Assembly: GCA_965206285.1 (NCBI GenBank)
Contig: OZ242205.1
Location: forward strand, 130,149-194,148
DNA from: Vicinamibacterales bacterium
Lineage (GTDB): Bacteria > Acidobacteriota > Vicinamibacteria > Vicinamibacterales > UBA8438
DNA: 64,000 nt
Direction of reading: 5' to 3'
Both the position numbers and the translations under genes were made by a program. The notes below the pieces were generated by a model. It had not been told where the DNA came from, ran no database searches, and saw nothing but the letters and a program-made list of their open reading frames with translations. This document shows, one piece after another, positions 1-9,686 of the stretch; positions within the stretch are counted from its first letter, which is position 1, and each line of letters opens with the position of its first letter.

Positions 1-42
1 CACGGCCTCTCCAGAGCCGCGATCGAAAGGACTGGGACTCGG

Positions 43-450
43 ATGAAGGCGACCCTCGATCACATCGGTATCGCGGTTCGTGACCTGGACGCCGCGCTGG
101 CCTTCTACCGGGACGCGCTGGGGCTGGAAGTGGGCGAGGTCGAGGAGGTGCCGTCCCAGCAGGTGCGCGCGCAGTTTCTGCCGCTCGGAGAGACGGCGTT
201 GGAGCTCCTCGAGGCGACCTCCGAGGGCTCGGCGATCGCGCGATCGATCGCACGCCGGGGCCCCGGCATCCATCACGTCACCCTGCGGGTCGACGATCTC
301 GCGGCGACCCTGGCCGGCCTGCGCGCTCGCGGCGTCAGGCTGGTCGACGAGCACCCGCGGCCCGGTGCGGGCGGCAGTCTCGTGGCCTTCATTCATCCCT
401 CCGCGGCGCAGGGCGTACTCATCGAGCTCAAGGAAAATCCCGGCGAATGA
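43..450 (+). CDS. methylmalonyl-CoA epimerase (VOC/glyoxalase superfamily)
   Basis: 135-aa ORF. DHIGIAV...ELLE...[13 protein letters not shown]...GVLIELKE fits the two-module VOC fold with the epimerase-type signature. Family call is from memory of homologs. Confidence 0.8.
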   Translation: MKATLDHIGIAVRDLDAALAFYRDALGLEVGEVEEVPSQQVRAQFLPLGETALELLEATSEGSAIARSIARRGPGIHHVTLRVDDLAATLAGLRARGVRLVDEHPRPGAGGSLVAFIHPSAAQGVLIELKENPGE

Positions 451-532
451 GGGCAGTGTCCGCGAACCGGGGTGTCCCGCCGGCGCGGAGGGGGCGATCC
501 TGCGCCCGCGGGCCGGGCTGAAAGGGAGATAC

Positions 533-1414
533 GTGGGAAAGCCAGAGTCGGCGGTCCGAATCGGCGTGATCGGCGGCAGCGGTCTCTATGACATGGACGA
601 GTTGACGGACCGGGAGACGGTCGAGGTGTCGACACCCTTCGGCGAGCCGTCTGCGCCTTATGTCGTCGGCGCCCTCGACGGCCGGCGGGTCGCCTTCCTG
701 GCCCGGCACGGCCAGGGGCATCGGCTTATGCCGTCGGAGCTGAACTTCCGGGCCAACATCTTCGGGTTCAAGACCCTCGGCGTGGAGCGGATACTGTCGG
801 CCAGCGCCGTGGGCAGTCTGCAGGAACGGTATCGGCCGCTCGATCTCGTGGTCCCGGACCAGTTTCTCGATCGGACCCGCGGGCGCATCAGCACCTTCTT
901 CGGTGGCGGCATCGCCGCCCACGTCGGTTTCGCGCATCCGATCTGTTCCGTGCTCGGGGACATCGTCGTCGAGGCCGCGGCCGGGTCCGGGGCCACGGTT
1001 CATCGCGGCGGGACCTACGTCTGCATGGAAGGACCCCAGTTCTCGACCCTCGCCGAGTCCAGGCTCTATCGCGCCTGGGGGATGGACATCATCGGGATGA
1101 CCAACCTGCAGGAAGCGAAGCTGGCCCGCGAGGCGGAGATCTGCTACTCGACGCTCGCGCTGGTCACCGACTACGACTGCTGGCACGAGGGCCACGACGA
1201 CGTGACGGTCGAGATGGTCATTGCCACGCTGCGGCAGAACGCCGTCACCGCGCAACGGGTGGTGCGTGACGCGGTCGCGCGCCTGCCGATCGAACGCGAC
1301 TGCGAGTGCGCGACGGCCCTCGGCTCGGCTATCATTACCCGGCCGGAGCAGATCCCGGCGTCCGTCAGACGGGATCTGGCGCCGATCATCGGCAGATACC
1401 TGCCGCAATCGTAG
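533..1414 (+). CDS. mtnP: S-methyl-5'-thioadenosine phosphorylase (MTAP/PNP family)
   Basis: In-frame GTG at 533 just after [43 protein letters not shown] and VTDYDCW are MTAP hallmarks. The upstream part of track ORF 80..1414 overlaps the epimerase and is rejected. Confidence 0.9.
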   Translation: MGKPESAVRIGVIGGSGLYDMDELTDRETVEVSTPFGEPSAPYVVGALDGRRVAFLARHGQGHRLMPSELNFRANIFGFKTLGVERILSASAVGSLQERYRPLDLVVPDQFLDRTRGRISTFFGGGIAAHVGFAHPICSVLGDIVVEAAAGSGATVHRGGTYVCMEGPQFSTLAESRLYRAWGMDIIGMTNLQEAKLAREAEICYSTLALVTDYDCWHEGHDDVTVEMVIATLRQNAVTAQRVVRDAVARLPIERDCECATALGSAIITRPEQIPASVRRDLAPIIGRYLPQS

Positions 1415-1578
1415 GAGCTCCTGGTGAGATCGGGTGTCGCAGCGGGGCTCCTGTCACGTGCGCCGGGCTTGCCGGCCGCCGGGTCCTCGTGCGGGCGCCG
1501 CCGGTCGATGCCGCCGCGCGGCGGCGCGACAATCCCGCGGCCGCGTCTCTGCGCCGCCCCGTCGACCGTCGACGCGCC

Positions 1579-1667
1579 GGGAGTCCGGGCCGTGGAACGG
1601 CGCAGACTTCCGGAAGGGTCGGTTGGCCGGCAAGCGGAGCCGCAGGCGACGATTTCCAGGCGAGGAG
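1579..1667 (+). repeat. dispersed hairpin repeat, family 1
   Basis: GGGAGTCCGGGCCGTGGAACGGCGCAGACTTCCGGAAGGGTCGGTTGGCCGGCAAGCGGAGCCGCAGGCGACGATTTCCAGG. Same layout as the copies at 5863, 26723, 50617 and 53389. Confidence 0.75.
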
Positions 1668-1680
1668 GGGTGCTGCGCTC

Positions 1681-2592
1681 GTGCATCCAATAGTGACCGT
1701 CGGTTCCGTAGCGTTCGATTCTGTCAAGACGCCGTTCGGGGAGGCGTCCCGGGTGGTCGGGGGAGCCGCCACCTACTTCAGCATCGCCGCATCCTTCTTC
1801 ACCGACGTGAGGCTCGTGGCGGTGGTGGGCGACGATTTCACCGAAGAAGAGATGCGGGTCTTCGCGGGCCGGCGCATCGACCTCGCCGGGCTGCAGCGCG
1901 TGCCCGGCGAGACGTTTCGCTGGAAAGGGGAGTACGGCTTCGACCTCAGCACCCGGGAGACGATCTACACGCGGCTCAACGTGTTCGATCGATTCCGTCC
2001 GGTCCTGCCCGATCGGTACCGGTCCACCCCGTTCGTGTTTCTGGCCAACATCCATCCGGCGCTGCAGGCCGAGGTGTTGACCCAGGTCGACGGCCCGCGG
2101 TTCGTGGCGGCCGACACCATGAACTACTGGATCGATGGCACGCCGGACGAGCTGCGGGCGGTGCTGCGGCGGATCGACGCCCTGGTCATCAACGACGAAG
2201 AGGCGCGGCAGCTCGCCGGCGAGTCGAACCTCGTGAAGGCGGCGCGCGCCATCCAGCGGATGGGTCCCAGGCTCCTGGTGATCAAGCGCGGCGAAAACGG
2301 GGTCCTGATGACGCGCGACGAGGGATTCTTCGCGGCCCCCGCCATGCCGCTGGACACGGTAGCCGACCCGACCGGCGCCGGAGACACGTTTGCCGGGGGG
2401 TTCATGGGTTATCTGGCGTCGGCCGGCGAGATCAGCGATGCGGTTCTGACCCGGGCGACCATCGCCGGGAGCGCCCTCGCCTCGCTGGCCGTCGAGGATT
2501 TCGGGCTCGACGGGCTGCTGGGGGCGTCCTCCAAGGTCCTAAAGCAACGGTTCGCGGCGTTCAAGCGGTTGACCCACTTCGAGGGGCTATGA
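1681..2592 (+). CDS. PfkB-family carbohydrate kinase
   Basis: GTG 1681, 303 aa. C-terminal DPTGAGDTFAGGF (PfkB signature) and a ribokinase-like layout. Confidence 0.8.
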   Translation: MHPIVTVGSVAFDSVKTPFGEASRVVGGAATYFSIAASFFTDVRLVAVVGDDFTEEEMRVFAGRRIDLAGLQRVPGETFRWKGEYGFDLSTRETIYTRLNVFDRFRPVLPDRYRSTPFVFLANIHPALQAEVLTQVDGPRFVAADTMNYWIDGTPDELRAVLRRIDALVINDEEARQLAGESNLVKAARAIQRMGPRLLVIKRGENGVLMTRDEGFFAAPAMPLDTVADPTGAGDTFAGGFMGYLASAGEISDAVLTRATIAGSALASLAVEDFGLDGLLGASSKVLKQRFAAFKRLTHFEGL

Positions 2593-3107
2593 CGCGGGAG
2601 AGGCGGCGGTGGATCGGCGCGGCGTTCACGGCGGTCACGCTCGCCTGGCTGCTCCTCATCCTGCTGGTGCCCGCGGCGCTGGCCCGCGATACCCGCGGGC
2701 GAGCGGTGACCGCGGTCTCGGCGGGCACGTATCTGATCGCCGGGTTCGTCTGCCACCAGCGTCCGGACCGGTCCTTCCATCCGGCCGGCGTGCAGATGCC
2801 GGTGTGCGCCCGGTGCGCGGGGTTGTATCTGGGTGCGGGGGTGGGCGTGCTGGCGGCCGGCGTGCGCCGGCGCAAGGGGGCGGGTTCCGGCCCCGGTCGA
2901 ACCGCGGGTTCGACCGGGATCGGCCAGGCGCCCGCGTGGCTGCGGCGGGCCGTGCTGGCGGCGGCCGTGCCGACGGGAATCTCCTTCGTGGCCGAGATGG
3001 CGGGCTGGATTCCGTCGATCGGAGAACTGCGGGCAGCGGCGGGCGTGCCCCTGGGAATGGCGGTGACATGGGTCGCAAGTCTCGTGATACGCGGCGATCT
3101 CGCGTGA
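2589..3107 (+). CDS. DUF2085 membrane protein
   Basis: ATG 2589 overlaps the upstream stop (ATGA). TM segments plus CHQRPDRSF and CARCAG motifs typical of DUF2085. Only the last 172 codons of track ORF 1434..3107 are used. Confidence 0.7.
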   Translation: MTRERRRWIGAAFTAVTLAWLLLILLVPAALARDTRGRAVTAVSAGTYLIAGFVCHQRPDRSFHPAGVQMPVCARCAGLYLGAGVGVLAAGVRRRKGAGSGPGRTAGSTGIGQAPAWLRRAVLAAAVPTGISFVAEMAGWIPSIGELRAAAGVPLGMAVTWVASLVIRGDLA

Positions 3108-3505
3108 CGGCGGAGGCCGCTCCGGTCGACCTCGGCGGGGACCGGAATCAGGCGCTGGCCGCGGCGGCGCTCGGCTGGGTCGTGCCGGGCGGCGGGCACC
3201 TCTGGCTGGCGCGCCGTCAGAAGGGCTTGGTGTTCCTGCTGGCCATTCCGATGATGTTCGCCATCGGGTTGGGGTTCGGTGGACGGCTGTTTCCGTTCGA
3301 CTCTGGCCAGCCCCTGGTGCTCCTGGCCGCGTTCGCGGATATCGGCAACGGCCTGCCGTACCTGATCGCCCGGGCGGCCGGGCTCGGCGAGGGTCGCGTC
3401 ATAGCCGATACGTTCGAGTACGGCAACACGTTCATCATCGTGTCCGGCCTGTTGAACATGCTGGTCGCCCTCGACGCCTACGACGTGGCGCTGGGACGGC
3501 GGTAG
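3104..3505 (+). CDS. hypothetical membrane protein
   Basis: GTG 3104 overlaps the upstream stop (GTGA). Hydrophobic 133-aa product with about 3 TM-like segments. ATG 3068 is an alternative start. No family recognised. Confidence 0.55.
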   Translation: MTAEAAPVDLGGDRNQALAAAALGWVVPGGGHLWLARRQKGLVFLLAIPMMFAIGLGFGGRLFPFDSGQPLVLLAAFADIGNGLPYLIARAAGLGEGRVIADTFEYGNTFIIVSGLLNMLVALDAYDVALGRR

Positions 3506-3511
3506 ACGAAG

Positions 3512-3685
3512 ATGTCGAGCCATCTGCTGGCGATGATGCTGTTCGCGGGGTTCGTGTCGCTGATCTTCGGGGTGTTGATGCATGATCAACCGGCCGAGCA
3601 GGTGAAGCTGGGCGGCCGACTGTTCGCCGGCTTCGTCGGCGCCGCCCTGGTGCTGGGCTGGATCCTGTTTCCGTTTCCCCTGTGA
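3512..3685 (+). CDS. small hypothetical membrane protein (57 aa)
   Basis: Below the track cutoff, read by eye: MSSHLLAMMLFAGFVSLIFGVLMHDQPAEQVKLGGRLFAGFVGAALVLGWILFPFPL. Two hydrophobic helices. Its stop overlaps the next start. Confidence 0.4.
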   Translation: MSSHLLAMMLFAGFVSLIFGVLMHDQPAEQVKLGGRLFAGFVGAALVLGWILFPFPL

Positions 3686-4128
3686 CCCGCCATCCAATTC
3701 CGATGACTCGCAGACCGCAGGGCGGCGTGCGGTCACGTCTCTGGGTCTGGGGCCCCGCGTGGGCGGCCATGGCGCTGATCTTCGCCCTGTCCGCCGTGTC
3801 GTACCTGCCATCGGCGGCCCGCGCGGTCGACGACCGGTTCTGGCACGCACTGGGTTACGGCCTGCTGGCGGCGCTGGTGCTGAGGGCGCTCACCACGGCG
3901 CGCTGGGAGGCGGTCACCGGCCGGACCGCCCTGCTGGCGGCGGCCTTGGCGACCCTGTACGGCGTGACCGACGAGTTGCATCAGTGGTTCGTGCCCGGGC
4001 GCACCGCCGCGTGGTCCGATCTGGTCGCCGATGCAACCGGCGCCGCGGTGGCCTGCGGCGCGCTGTGGGTGTGGCGATCGCGTGTGCCCCGCAGGCGCGC
4101 CGACCCGGAACGAGAAGGGACTTCATGA
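3682..4128 (+). CDS. VanZ-like family membrane protein
   Basis: 148 aa with 3-4 TM segments. YGVTDELHQWFVPGR...DLVADATGA matches the VanZ-like motif. Confidence 0.7.
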   Translation: MTRHPIPMTRRPQGGVRSRLWVWGPAWAAMALIFALSAVSYLPSAARAVDDRFWHALGYGLLAALVLRALTTARWEAVTGRTALLAAALATLYGVTDELHQWFVPGRTAAWSDLVADATGAAVACGALWVWRSRVPRRRADPEREGTS

Positions 4129-4907
4129 ACGTCGAGCAGATCCTGACAGAACGGACCGGGGCGGTGACCACGGTCACCGTCAACCGGCCGAAGGTGCTCA
4201 ATGCCCTGAACTCGCAGACGGTCGAAGCTCTGACCTCCGTCCTGATCGACCTGCAGAAGGACGACGAGGTTCGATCCGTGGTGCTGACCGGCGCCGGGGA
4301 TCGCGCGTTCATCGCCGGGGCCGACATCGGCGAGCTGGCGCAGTTGACCCCGCGAACCGCCCGCGCCCTCACCGACGCCGGGCACCGGCTCTGCACGCAG
4401 ATCGAGCACCTCGGGAAGCCGGTGATTGCCGCCGTGAACGGATATGCGCTCGGCGGCGGATGCGAAGTCGCGATGGCCTGCACCTGCCGGATCGCCGCGA
4501 GGACCGCCAAGCTGGGTCTGCCCGAGATCACCCTGGGCATCATCCCCGGGTACGGCGGCACCCAACGTCTCCCGCGGCTGGTGGGTCGGGGCCGCGCCTT
4601 CGAGATGCTGCTCACCGGCGCGCCGGTCACGGCGGAAGAGGCCTGGCGAATCGGGCTGGTGAATCGGGTGGTCGAGCCGGAGGCGCTGTCGGCGGAGGCG
4701 CTCGCGCTGGCGACCACCCTCGCCGCGCAGGCGCCGGAGGCGGTACGGCGCATACTGGATGTGGTCAACCACGGCCTCGACATGTCGATGGCCAATGCCA
4801 CCGCGTTCGAGGCGGCCGCCTTCGGGCTTCTGTGGGCGACCGAGGACGCGCGGGAAGGCACCACGGCCTTTCTGGAGAAGCGCAAGGCGAGGTTCGCGGG
4901 CCGGTGA
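4125..4907 (+). CDS. enoyl-CoA hydratase (crotonase family)
   Basis: ATG 4125 overlaps the upstream stop. VLTGAGDRAFIAGADI, NGYALGGGCEVAMAC and ITLGIIPGYGGTQRL indicate the crotonase fold. Confidence 0.9.
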   Translation: MNVEQILTERTGAVTTVTVNRPKVLNALNSQTVEALTSVLIDLQKDDEVRSVVLTGAGDRAFIAGADIGELAQLTPRTARALTDAGHRLCTQIEHLGKPVIAAVNGYALGGGCEVAMACTCRIAARTAKLGLPEITLGIIPGYGGTQRLPRLVGRGRAFEMLLTGAPVTAEEAWRIGLVNRVVEPEALSAEALALATTLAAQAPEAVRRILDVVNHGLDMSMANATAFEAAAFGLLWATEDAREGTTAFLEKRKARFAGR

Positions 4908-5401
4908 ATGTGCAGACCTTGACGGGGAGCGGCGAGACCGGCGACGTTCGGGTCGGTCTCGCCGTGTCGCAGTACCACGATTTCGTCACCAACCGGCTTC
5001 GGGACGGCGCGATCGCGGCGCTCCATGCGGCCGGCGTGGGCGACGAGGCGATCGTGGTGGCGCCGGTACCCGGGGCGTTCGAGGTGCCGCAGGCGGCGCA
5101 CCGCCTGGCGTCTGCCGGCGATGTCGACGCGGTGGTCGGTCTCGGGTGTCTGATCCGGGGCGAGACCCCGCACTTCGAGTTCATCGCGGCGGCCGTCGCC
5201 CACGGTCTGACCCGGGCGGCGCTGGACAGCGGAACTCCGATGACGTTCGGCGTGCTGACCACCAACTCCGCGGAGGAGGCGCTCGCGCGCGCGGGGGCCG
5301 ATCGGTCGAACAAGGGGTGGGAGGCGGCGGATGCGGCGCTGGCGATGGTGCGTCTCTTTCGGCAGTTGAGGGCGCCCGGCGCGCGGGGGCGCCCGGCGTG
5401 A
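4904..5401 (+). CDS. ribH: 6,7-dimethyl-8-ribityllumazine synthase
   Basis: GTG 4904 overlaps the upstream stop, 165 aa. VPGAFEVP, CLIRGETPHFEFI and FGVLT are lumazine synthase motifs. Confidence 0.9.
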   Translation: MNVQTLTGSGETGDVRVGLAVSQYHDFVTNRLRDGAIAALHAAGVGDEAIVVAPVPGAFEVPQAAHRLASAGDVDAVVGLGCLIRGETPHFEFIAAAVAHGLTRAALDSGTPMTFGVLTTNSAEEALARAGADRSNKGWEAADAALAMVRLFRQLRAPGARGRPA

Positions 5402-5862
5402 GCGCGCCCGGCTCCGATCCGGCGGGGCGTCATCGCGGCCGGGTCGCGGCGCTCCAACTGCTGTATCAGCGCGAGGTCGGGGGGGTCGGGGGACCGCCGT
5501 TCGACCACGCCGTCGGTAGCTATTGGCGGGAACGCCCGGCTCCGGACGGTCCCCGGCAGTTCGCGGACCGCCTGCTGCGGGGCACGCTGGAGGCGATGGA
5601 GCAGATCGATCCGCTCATCGAATCGGCCTCCGACAACTGGCGCCTCTCCCGCATGGCGGTCATCGACCGGCTCGTCCTCAGGTTGGCGGTGTACGAGCTG
5701 CTCGTCGCCGAGACCCCCGCCGCCGTCGTGATAGACGAGGCGATCGAGCTGGCCCGGACGTTCAGCGACGAGCCGTCGCCGCGCTTCGTGAACGGGGTGC
5801 TGGACGCGGTGCGGACCCGGCTCGACCGGGACCGGGACGGGACCGATCCTACGACGACCTGA
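5398..5862 (+). CDS. nusB: transcription antitermination factor NusB
   Basis: GTG 5398 overlaps the ribH stop. RLSRMAVIDRLVLRLAVYEL and SPRFVNGVLD are NusB hallmarks. The conserved ribH-nusB order is kept. Confidence 0.9.
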   Translation: MSAPGSDPAGRHRGRVAALQLLYQREVGGVGGPPFDHAVGSYWRERPAPDGPRQFADRLLRGTLEAMEQIDPLIESASDNWRLSRMAVIDRLVLRLAVYELLVAETPAAVVIDEAIELARTFSDEPSPRFVNGVLDAVRTRLDRDRDGTDPTTT

Positions 5863-5926
5863 GCCACGAGTCCGCGCCGTGGTGGTGCGGACTCGTGCCA
5901 GGATTGATTGGGCGGCAATTTCCGGG
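5863..5926 (+). repeat. dispersed hairpin repeat, family 1 (short form)
   Basis: Perfect 11-bp stem CACGAGTCCGC/GCGGACTCGTG (5865-5875 / 5887-5897), then GCCAGGATTGATTGGGCGGCAATTTCCGGG. It fills the whole nusB-lysS spacer and starts 1 nt after the nusB stop. Confidence 0.7.
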
Positions 5927-5928
5927 CT

Positions 5929-7512
5929 ATGGCCGATTCTCAAGAAAACGATCAGCGCGCGCAGCGGCGCGCGAACCTCGCCTCGCTCGCCGACCTGGGC
6001 GTGCCCGTGTACCCCCACGCGTTTCGCGGCGCGGACCCGGACCAGGATGCGGATACGGTGTCGGCGCTGGTGGACGCCCACGGGGCGACCAGCGGTGCCG
6101 ATCTCGAGAGCGCGCAGGTCCGCACGGCGACGGCGGGTCGGATCCTGATCGTGCGGAGCTTCGGGAAGGCCCGGTTCCTGGTGATCTCCGACGGCCGGAA
6201 GCGGATACAGGTCTACGTGCGGAAGGATGCGCTGTCCGAGCGGGATTTCGGGGTCGCGGCGCTCCTCGACATCGGCGACCACGTCGGGGTCGAAGGACGC
6301 CTCTTCCGCACCCGGACCGACGAGCTGACGGTGTGGGCGGACCGGCTCGCGTTCCTGGCCAAGTGCCATCTGCCCCTGCCCGAGAAATGGCACGGTCTGA
6401 CCGACGTCGAGACCCGATACCGGCAACGGTACCTGGACCTGATCGTCAACCCCGGGTCTCGCGCGGTGTTCGAGGCGCGCGCCCGGGTGCTGGCGTCGAT
6501 CCGGCGGTTCCTGGAACACCCGGATCGCGGCTTTCTCGAGGTCGAGACGCCGATGATGCAGCCGATCGCGGGCGGGGCCCTGGCCCGGCCGTTCGTGACC
6601 CATCACAACGCGCAGGACATGGACCTGTACCTGCGGATCGCCCCGGAGCTCTATCTCAAGCGGCTGGTCGTCGGCGGGATGGAGCGCGTCTACGAGATCA
6701 ACCGGAACTTCCGGAACGAGGGCATCTCGACGCAGCACAACCCGGAGTTCACGATGCTCGAGTTCTATTGGGCCTACCGCGACTACCGCGACCTGATGAC
6801 CATGACCGAGCACCTGCTGGAGACGGTGGCGCGGGACGTCGCGCAATTCACCCGGGACGCCATCGGCGCCGACGGCGACGACTCCGGCGCGCCCGGCGCC
6901 GGCGATGATGCTGCAGTGTTCGGGGGCCGAACCGTGTCGTTCCGGGGGCCGTACCCGCGCGTCAAGCTGCGGCAGGCGGTGGGTGACGCGGCCGCCGAGC
7001 GGCTCGGGACCCCGGTGTCCGAGTCGGACCTCCGGAATCGCGAGACGGCCGCGCAGGTCGCAGCGCGCCTCGGCGTCGAGACGGCGCCGGAACAGGGACC
7101 CGGCAAGATCAGCCTGGAGATCTTCGAGCGGCTGTGCGAGCCGGCGATCCTGCAACCGACGTTCGTGCACGACTTCCCGACGGAGGTGTCGCCGCTGTCG
7201 AAGCAGCGCGACGACGATCCGGACACCGTCGAGCGCTTCGAACTGTACGTGGCCGGCATGGAACTCGCGAACGGGTTCAGCGAGCTCAACGATCCGGTCG
7301 AGCAGCGGCGGCGTTTCGAGGCACAGCTCCGCGATCGGCAGGGCGGCGACCTCGAAGCGCATCGCATGGACGAGGACTACGTGCGCGCGCTGGAGTACGG
7401 TCTGCCCCCGACGGCCGGCGAGGGTATCGGCATCGACCGGCTGGTGATGGTCCTGACCGACAGCCCGTCCATCCGGGACGTGCTCCTGTTTCCCCTGATG
7501 CGCGGGAAATGA
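5929..7512 (+). CDS. lysS: lysine--tRNA ligase (class II)
   Basis: ATG 5929, 527 aa. FLEVETPMMQ (motif 1), FRNEGIS..HNPEFTMLEFY (motif 2) and GEGIGIDRLVM (motif 3). Confidence 0.95.
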   Translation: MADSQENDQRAQRRANLASLADLGVPVYPHAFRGADPDQDADTVSALVDAHGATSGADLESAQVRTATAGRILIVRSFGKARFLVISDGRKRIQVYVRKDALSERDFGVAALLDIGDHVGVEGRLFRTRTDELTVWADRLAFLAKCHLPLPEKWHGLTDVETRYRQRYLDLIVNPGSRAVFEARARVLASIRRFLEHPDRGFLEVETPMMQPIAGGALARPFVTHHNAQDMDLYLRIAPELYLKRLVVGGMERVYEINRNFRNEGISTQHNPEFTMLEFYWAYRDYRDLMTMTEHLLETVARDVAQFTRDAIGADGDDSGAPGAGDDAAVFGGRTVSFRGPYPRVKLRQAVGDAAAERLGTPVSESDLRNRETAAQVAARLGVETAPEQGPGKISLEIFERLCEPAILQPTFVHDFPTEVSPLSKQRDDDPDTVERFELYVAGMELANGFSELNDPVEQRRRFEAQLRDRQGGDLEAHRMDEDYVRALEYGLPPTAGEGIGIDRLVMVLTDSPSIRDVLLFPLMRGK

Positions 7513-7566
7513 TGCGCGCGAAATAATGGAAGGGACCGGAGCCGGTACCGGTTTCGGCGAGACGGC

Positions 7567-8802
7567 ATGACGCTGCCCTTCGAGCTCTACGTCGCGACCC
7601 GCTACCTGCTGGCCCGGCGCCGGCAGGCCTTCATCTCGGTGATCTCCGCCGTCTCCGCGTTGGGGGTGACGGTCGGGGTCACGGCCCTGGTCATCGCCCT
7701 GGCCCTGATGACCGGCATGCAGCAGGTGCTGCGGGACAAGATCGTCGGGTCGGCCGCCCATGTCTACGTGCAGAAGCTCCTCGGCGGGGGCTTCCTCGAT
7801 CACGAGGCGGAGGTCGCGAAGCTCGTCGAGGTCCCCGGCGTCGTCGCGGCGGCTCCGGCGATAATCGGGCGCGCGATGGCGACGGCGGGGGGCGTCAACG
7901 CGTTCATCACCCTCAAGGGGGTGAACCCGGTGCTCGAGGCGCGGGTCACCGAGGTCCCCGCGTCGATCAGCCGGGGCAGCTTCACGGCTTTGTCCGAGCC
8001 GCGCGACGGCGTCGTCGGCGGGGTGGTCATCGGCGAGGACCTGTCGCGGTCCCTGCGGGCGTCGGTCGGCGACACCATCTCGGTGCTGACGCCGGAAGGG
8101 GCGACGTTGTCGCCGATGGGGCTGATCCCGAGGGCGCGGCGCCTCGAGGTCGTCGGGGTCTTCAACCTGGGGCTGCGCGAGTACGACAGCGCCTACGGCT
8201 TCGTCGCTCTCGACGTGGCCGGCCGGCTGTTCAACCGGGACGGAGTCGATCTGATGGAGTTGCGGGTCGAGAATCTGGCGGACGCCCCGCAGGTCGCGCG
8301 CGCGGTCACCGAGACCCTGGGGGCCGAGTACTTCGCCGAGGACTGGAGCCAGTTGAACCAGTCGCTGTTCCAGGCCCTGTGGCTCGAGAAGATGGCGATC
8401 GGGATCACCATCGGGCTCATCATGATGGTGGCGGCCCTCAACATCGTGGCGTCGCTGGTGCTCCTGGTCATGGAGAAGAGCCGGGACATCGCCATTCTGA
8501 AGACGATGGGAGCCTCGTCGGGCAGCATCCGCCTCATCTTCGTGCTGCAGGGGGCGATCATCGGGGCCGTCGGGACCACCGTCGGCGCGGCGTGCGGGGT
8601 CGCGGTGTCCTATCTCGCCGACCGCTATCGGTGGATTCAGGTGCCGGACGTGTACCAAGTGGCGTGGCTGCCGTTCAGGGTCGATCCAGGCAACTTCCTG
8701 CTGGTGGTGCTGGGCTCGCTCGCGGTCTGTCTGCTCGCCACCCTGTATCCTTCCCGCCAGGCGTCACGGCTCGATCCGGCCGAGGCGCTCCGGTATCAAT
8801 AG
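7567..8802 (+). CDS. lipoprotein-releasing ABC transporter permease (LolC/E family)
   Basis: 411 aa. N-terminal TM, large periplasmic domain, C-terminal FtsX-type TM bundle. Lies immediately upstream of lolD. Confidence 0.85.
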   Translation: MTLPFELYVATRYLLARRRQAFISVISAVSALGVTVGVTALVIALALMTGMQQVLRDKIVGSAAHVYVQKLLGGGFLDHEAEVAKLVEVPGVVAAAPAIIGRAMATAGGVNAFITLKGVNPVLEARVTEVPASISRGSFTALSEPRDGVVGGVVIGEDLSRSLRASVGDTISVLTPEGATLSPMGLIPRARRLEVVGVFNLGLREYDSAYGFVALDVAGRLFNRDGVDLMELRVENLADAPQVARAVTETLGAEYFAEDWSQLNQSLFQALWLEKMAIGITIGLIMMVAALNIVASLVLLVMEKSRDIAILKTMGASSGSIRLIFVLQGAIIGAVGTTVGAACGVAVSYLADRYRWIQVPDVYQVAWLPFRVDPGNFLLVVLGSLAVCLLATLYPSRQASRLDPAEALRYQ

Positions 8803-8828
8803 CCCGCATCTTCCGCGCCGGTCTCCTC

Positions 8829-9503
8829 ATGGCTTTCCTCTCCGTGCTTGCCCTCTCGAAGTCCTACGCCGTGGGCGACCGCCGGCTGCCGGTCCTGCGG
8901 GACCTGGAGCTCACCGTCGACGAGGGCGAGATGGTCGCCGTCGTCGGCGCTTCGGGGGTCGGGAAGAGCACCCTGCTGCAGTGCGTGGGCGGGCTCGACG
9001 CGATCGATGGGGGCAGCGTCACCATCGCCGGCACCGAGCTGTGGTCCGTGGGCGACGATGCGCGGGTCGCGTTCCGGAATCGGCATATCGGGTTCGTATT
9101 CCAGTTCCACCATCTGCTGCCGGAGTTCAGCGCCGTCGAGAACGTGGAAATGCCCCTGCGGATCGCCAGGGCGGCCCGCGGCGAGGCGCATCGCAGGGCC
9201 GAGGCGCTTTTGGGGGAGGTGGGACTCGGCGAGCGGATGACCCACCGGCCGGGGATGCTCTCGGGCGGGGAGCAGCAGCGTACGGCGGTGGCGCGCGCCC
9301 TGGTGATGCAGCCGGCCCTCCTGCTGGCGGACGAGCCGACCGGCGACCTCGACGAGCAGACCGGCCGCGACCTGCACGCGCTGCTGCGGCGCCTGCACGA
9401 GACGCGCCGGCTCACCTCGCTCATCGCCACCCACAACCTGCAGCTCGCGGGGGCGTGCGACCGCGTGCTCCGGCTCGAAGACGGCCGGCTGCGGCCGGCC
9501 TGA
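8829..9503 (+). CDS. lolD: lipoprotein-releasing ABC transporter ATP-binding protein
   Basis: ATG 8829. Walker A GASGVGKST, signature LSGGEQQR, Walker B LLLADEPTGDLD. Confidence 0.9.
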   Translation: MAFLSVLALSKSYAVGDRRLPVLRDLELTVDEGEMVAVVGASGVGKSTLLQCVGGLDAIDGGSVTIAGTELWSVGDDARVAFRNRHIGFVFQFHHLLPEFSAVENVEMPLRIARAARGEAHRRAEALLGEVGLGERMTHRPGMLSGGEQQRTAVARALVMQPALLLADEPTGDLDEQTGRDLHALLRRLHETRRLTSLIATHNLQLAGACDRVLRLEDGRLRPA

Positions 9504-9505
9504 GC

Positions 9506-9574
9506 GCTGGCCGCCGTGGCGGAAGGCCCCGCCGCATTCGACCGGGGATCCACCCCGACTGACTGCGTCGCGGG
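9506..9574 (-). repeat. dispersed hairpin repeat, family 2 (inverted copy)
   Basis: The reverse complement reads ...GACGCAGTCAGTCGGGGTGGATCCCCGGTCGAATGCGGCGGGGCCTTCCGCCACGGCGGCCAGC, matching 17060-17120 and 42553-42618. Starts 3 nt after the lolD stop. Confidence 0.65.
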
Positions 9575-9582
9575 ACCCGCGC

Positions 9583-9614
9583 TTGCGGGACGACCCGAAC
9601 GCTTGTCTTATAAT
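9583..9614 (+). promoter_or_regulatory. possible sigma70-type promoter for clpC
   Basis: Perfect TATAAT at 9609-9614, 73 nt upstream of the clpC ATG, in a locally AT-richer patch. The only -35-like hexamer (TTGCGG, 9583-9588) is spaced 20 nt away, which is poor. Confidence 0.25.
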
Positions 9615-9686
9615 GAACGAATCTCCCTTTGTGCGGTCTTGCTGGCGTCGAGCCGCCAGTGCCCACGGTGAATCAGGGGTCAACCG

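Noticed and set aside
1434-3107. 557-aa plus-strand ORF taken as one gene
   Set aside because: The first ~385 codons are Arg/Gly/Pro-rich junk that overlaps the PfkB kinase frame and a repeat element. Only the last 172 codons (from ATG 2589) form the DUF2085 protein.
4765-8658. 1297-aa ORF on the minus strand
   Set aside because: It is antisense to ribH, nusB, lysS and lolC/E, all of which have clear family signatures. Its composition is dominated by R/P/G/D/H runs and it contains no recognisable domain. This is a typical high-GC antisense artefact.
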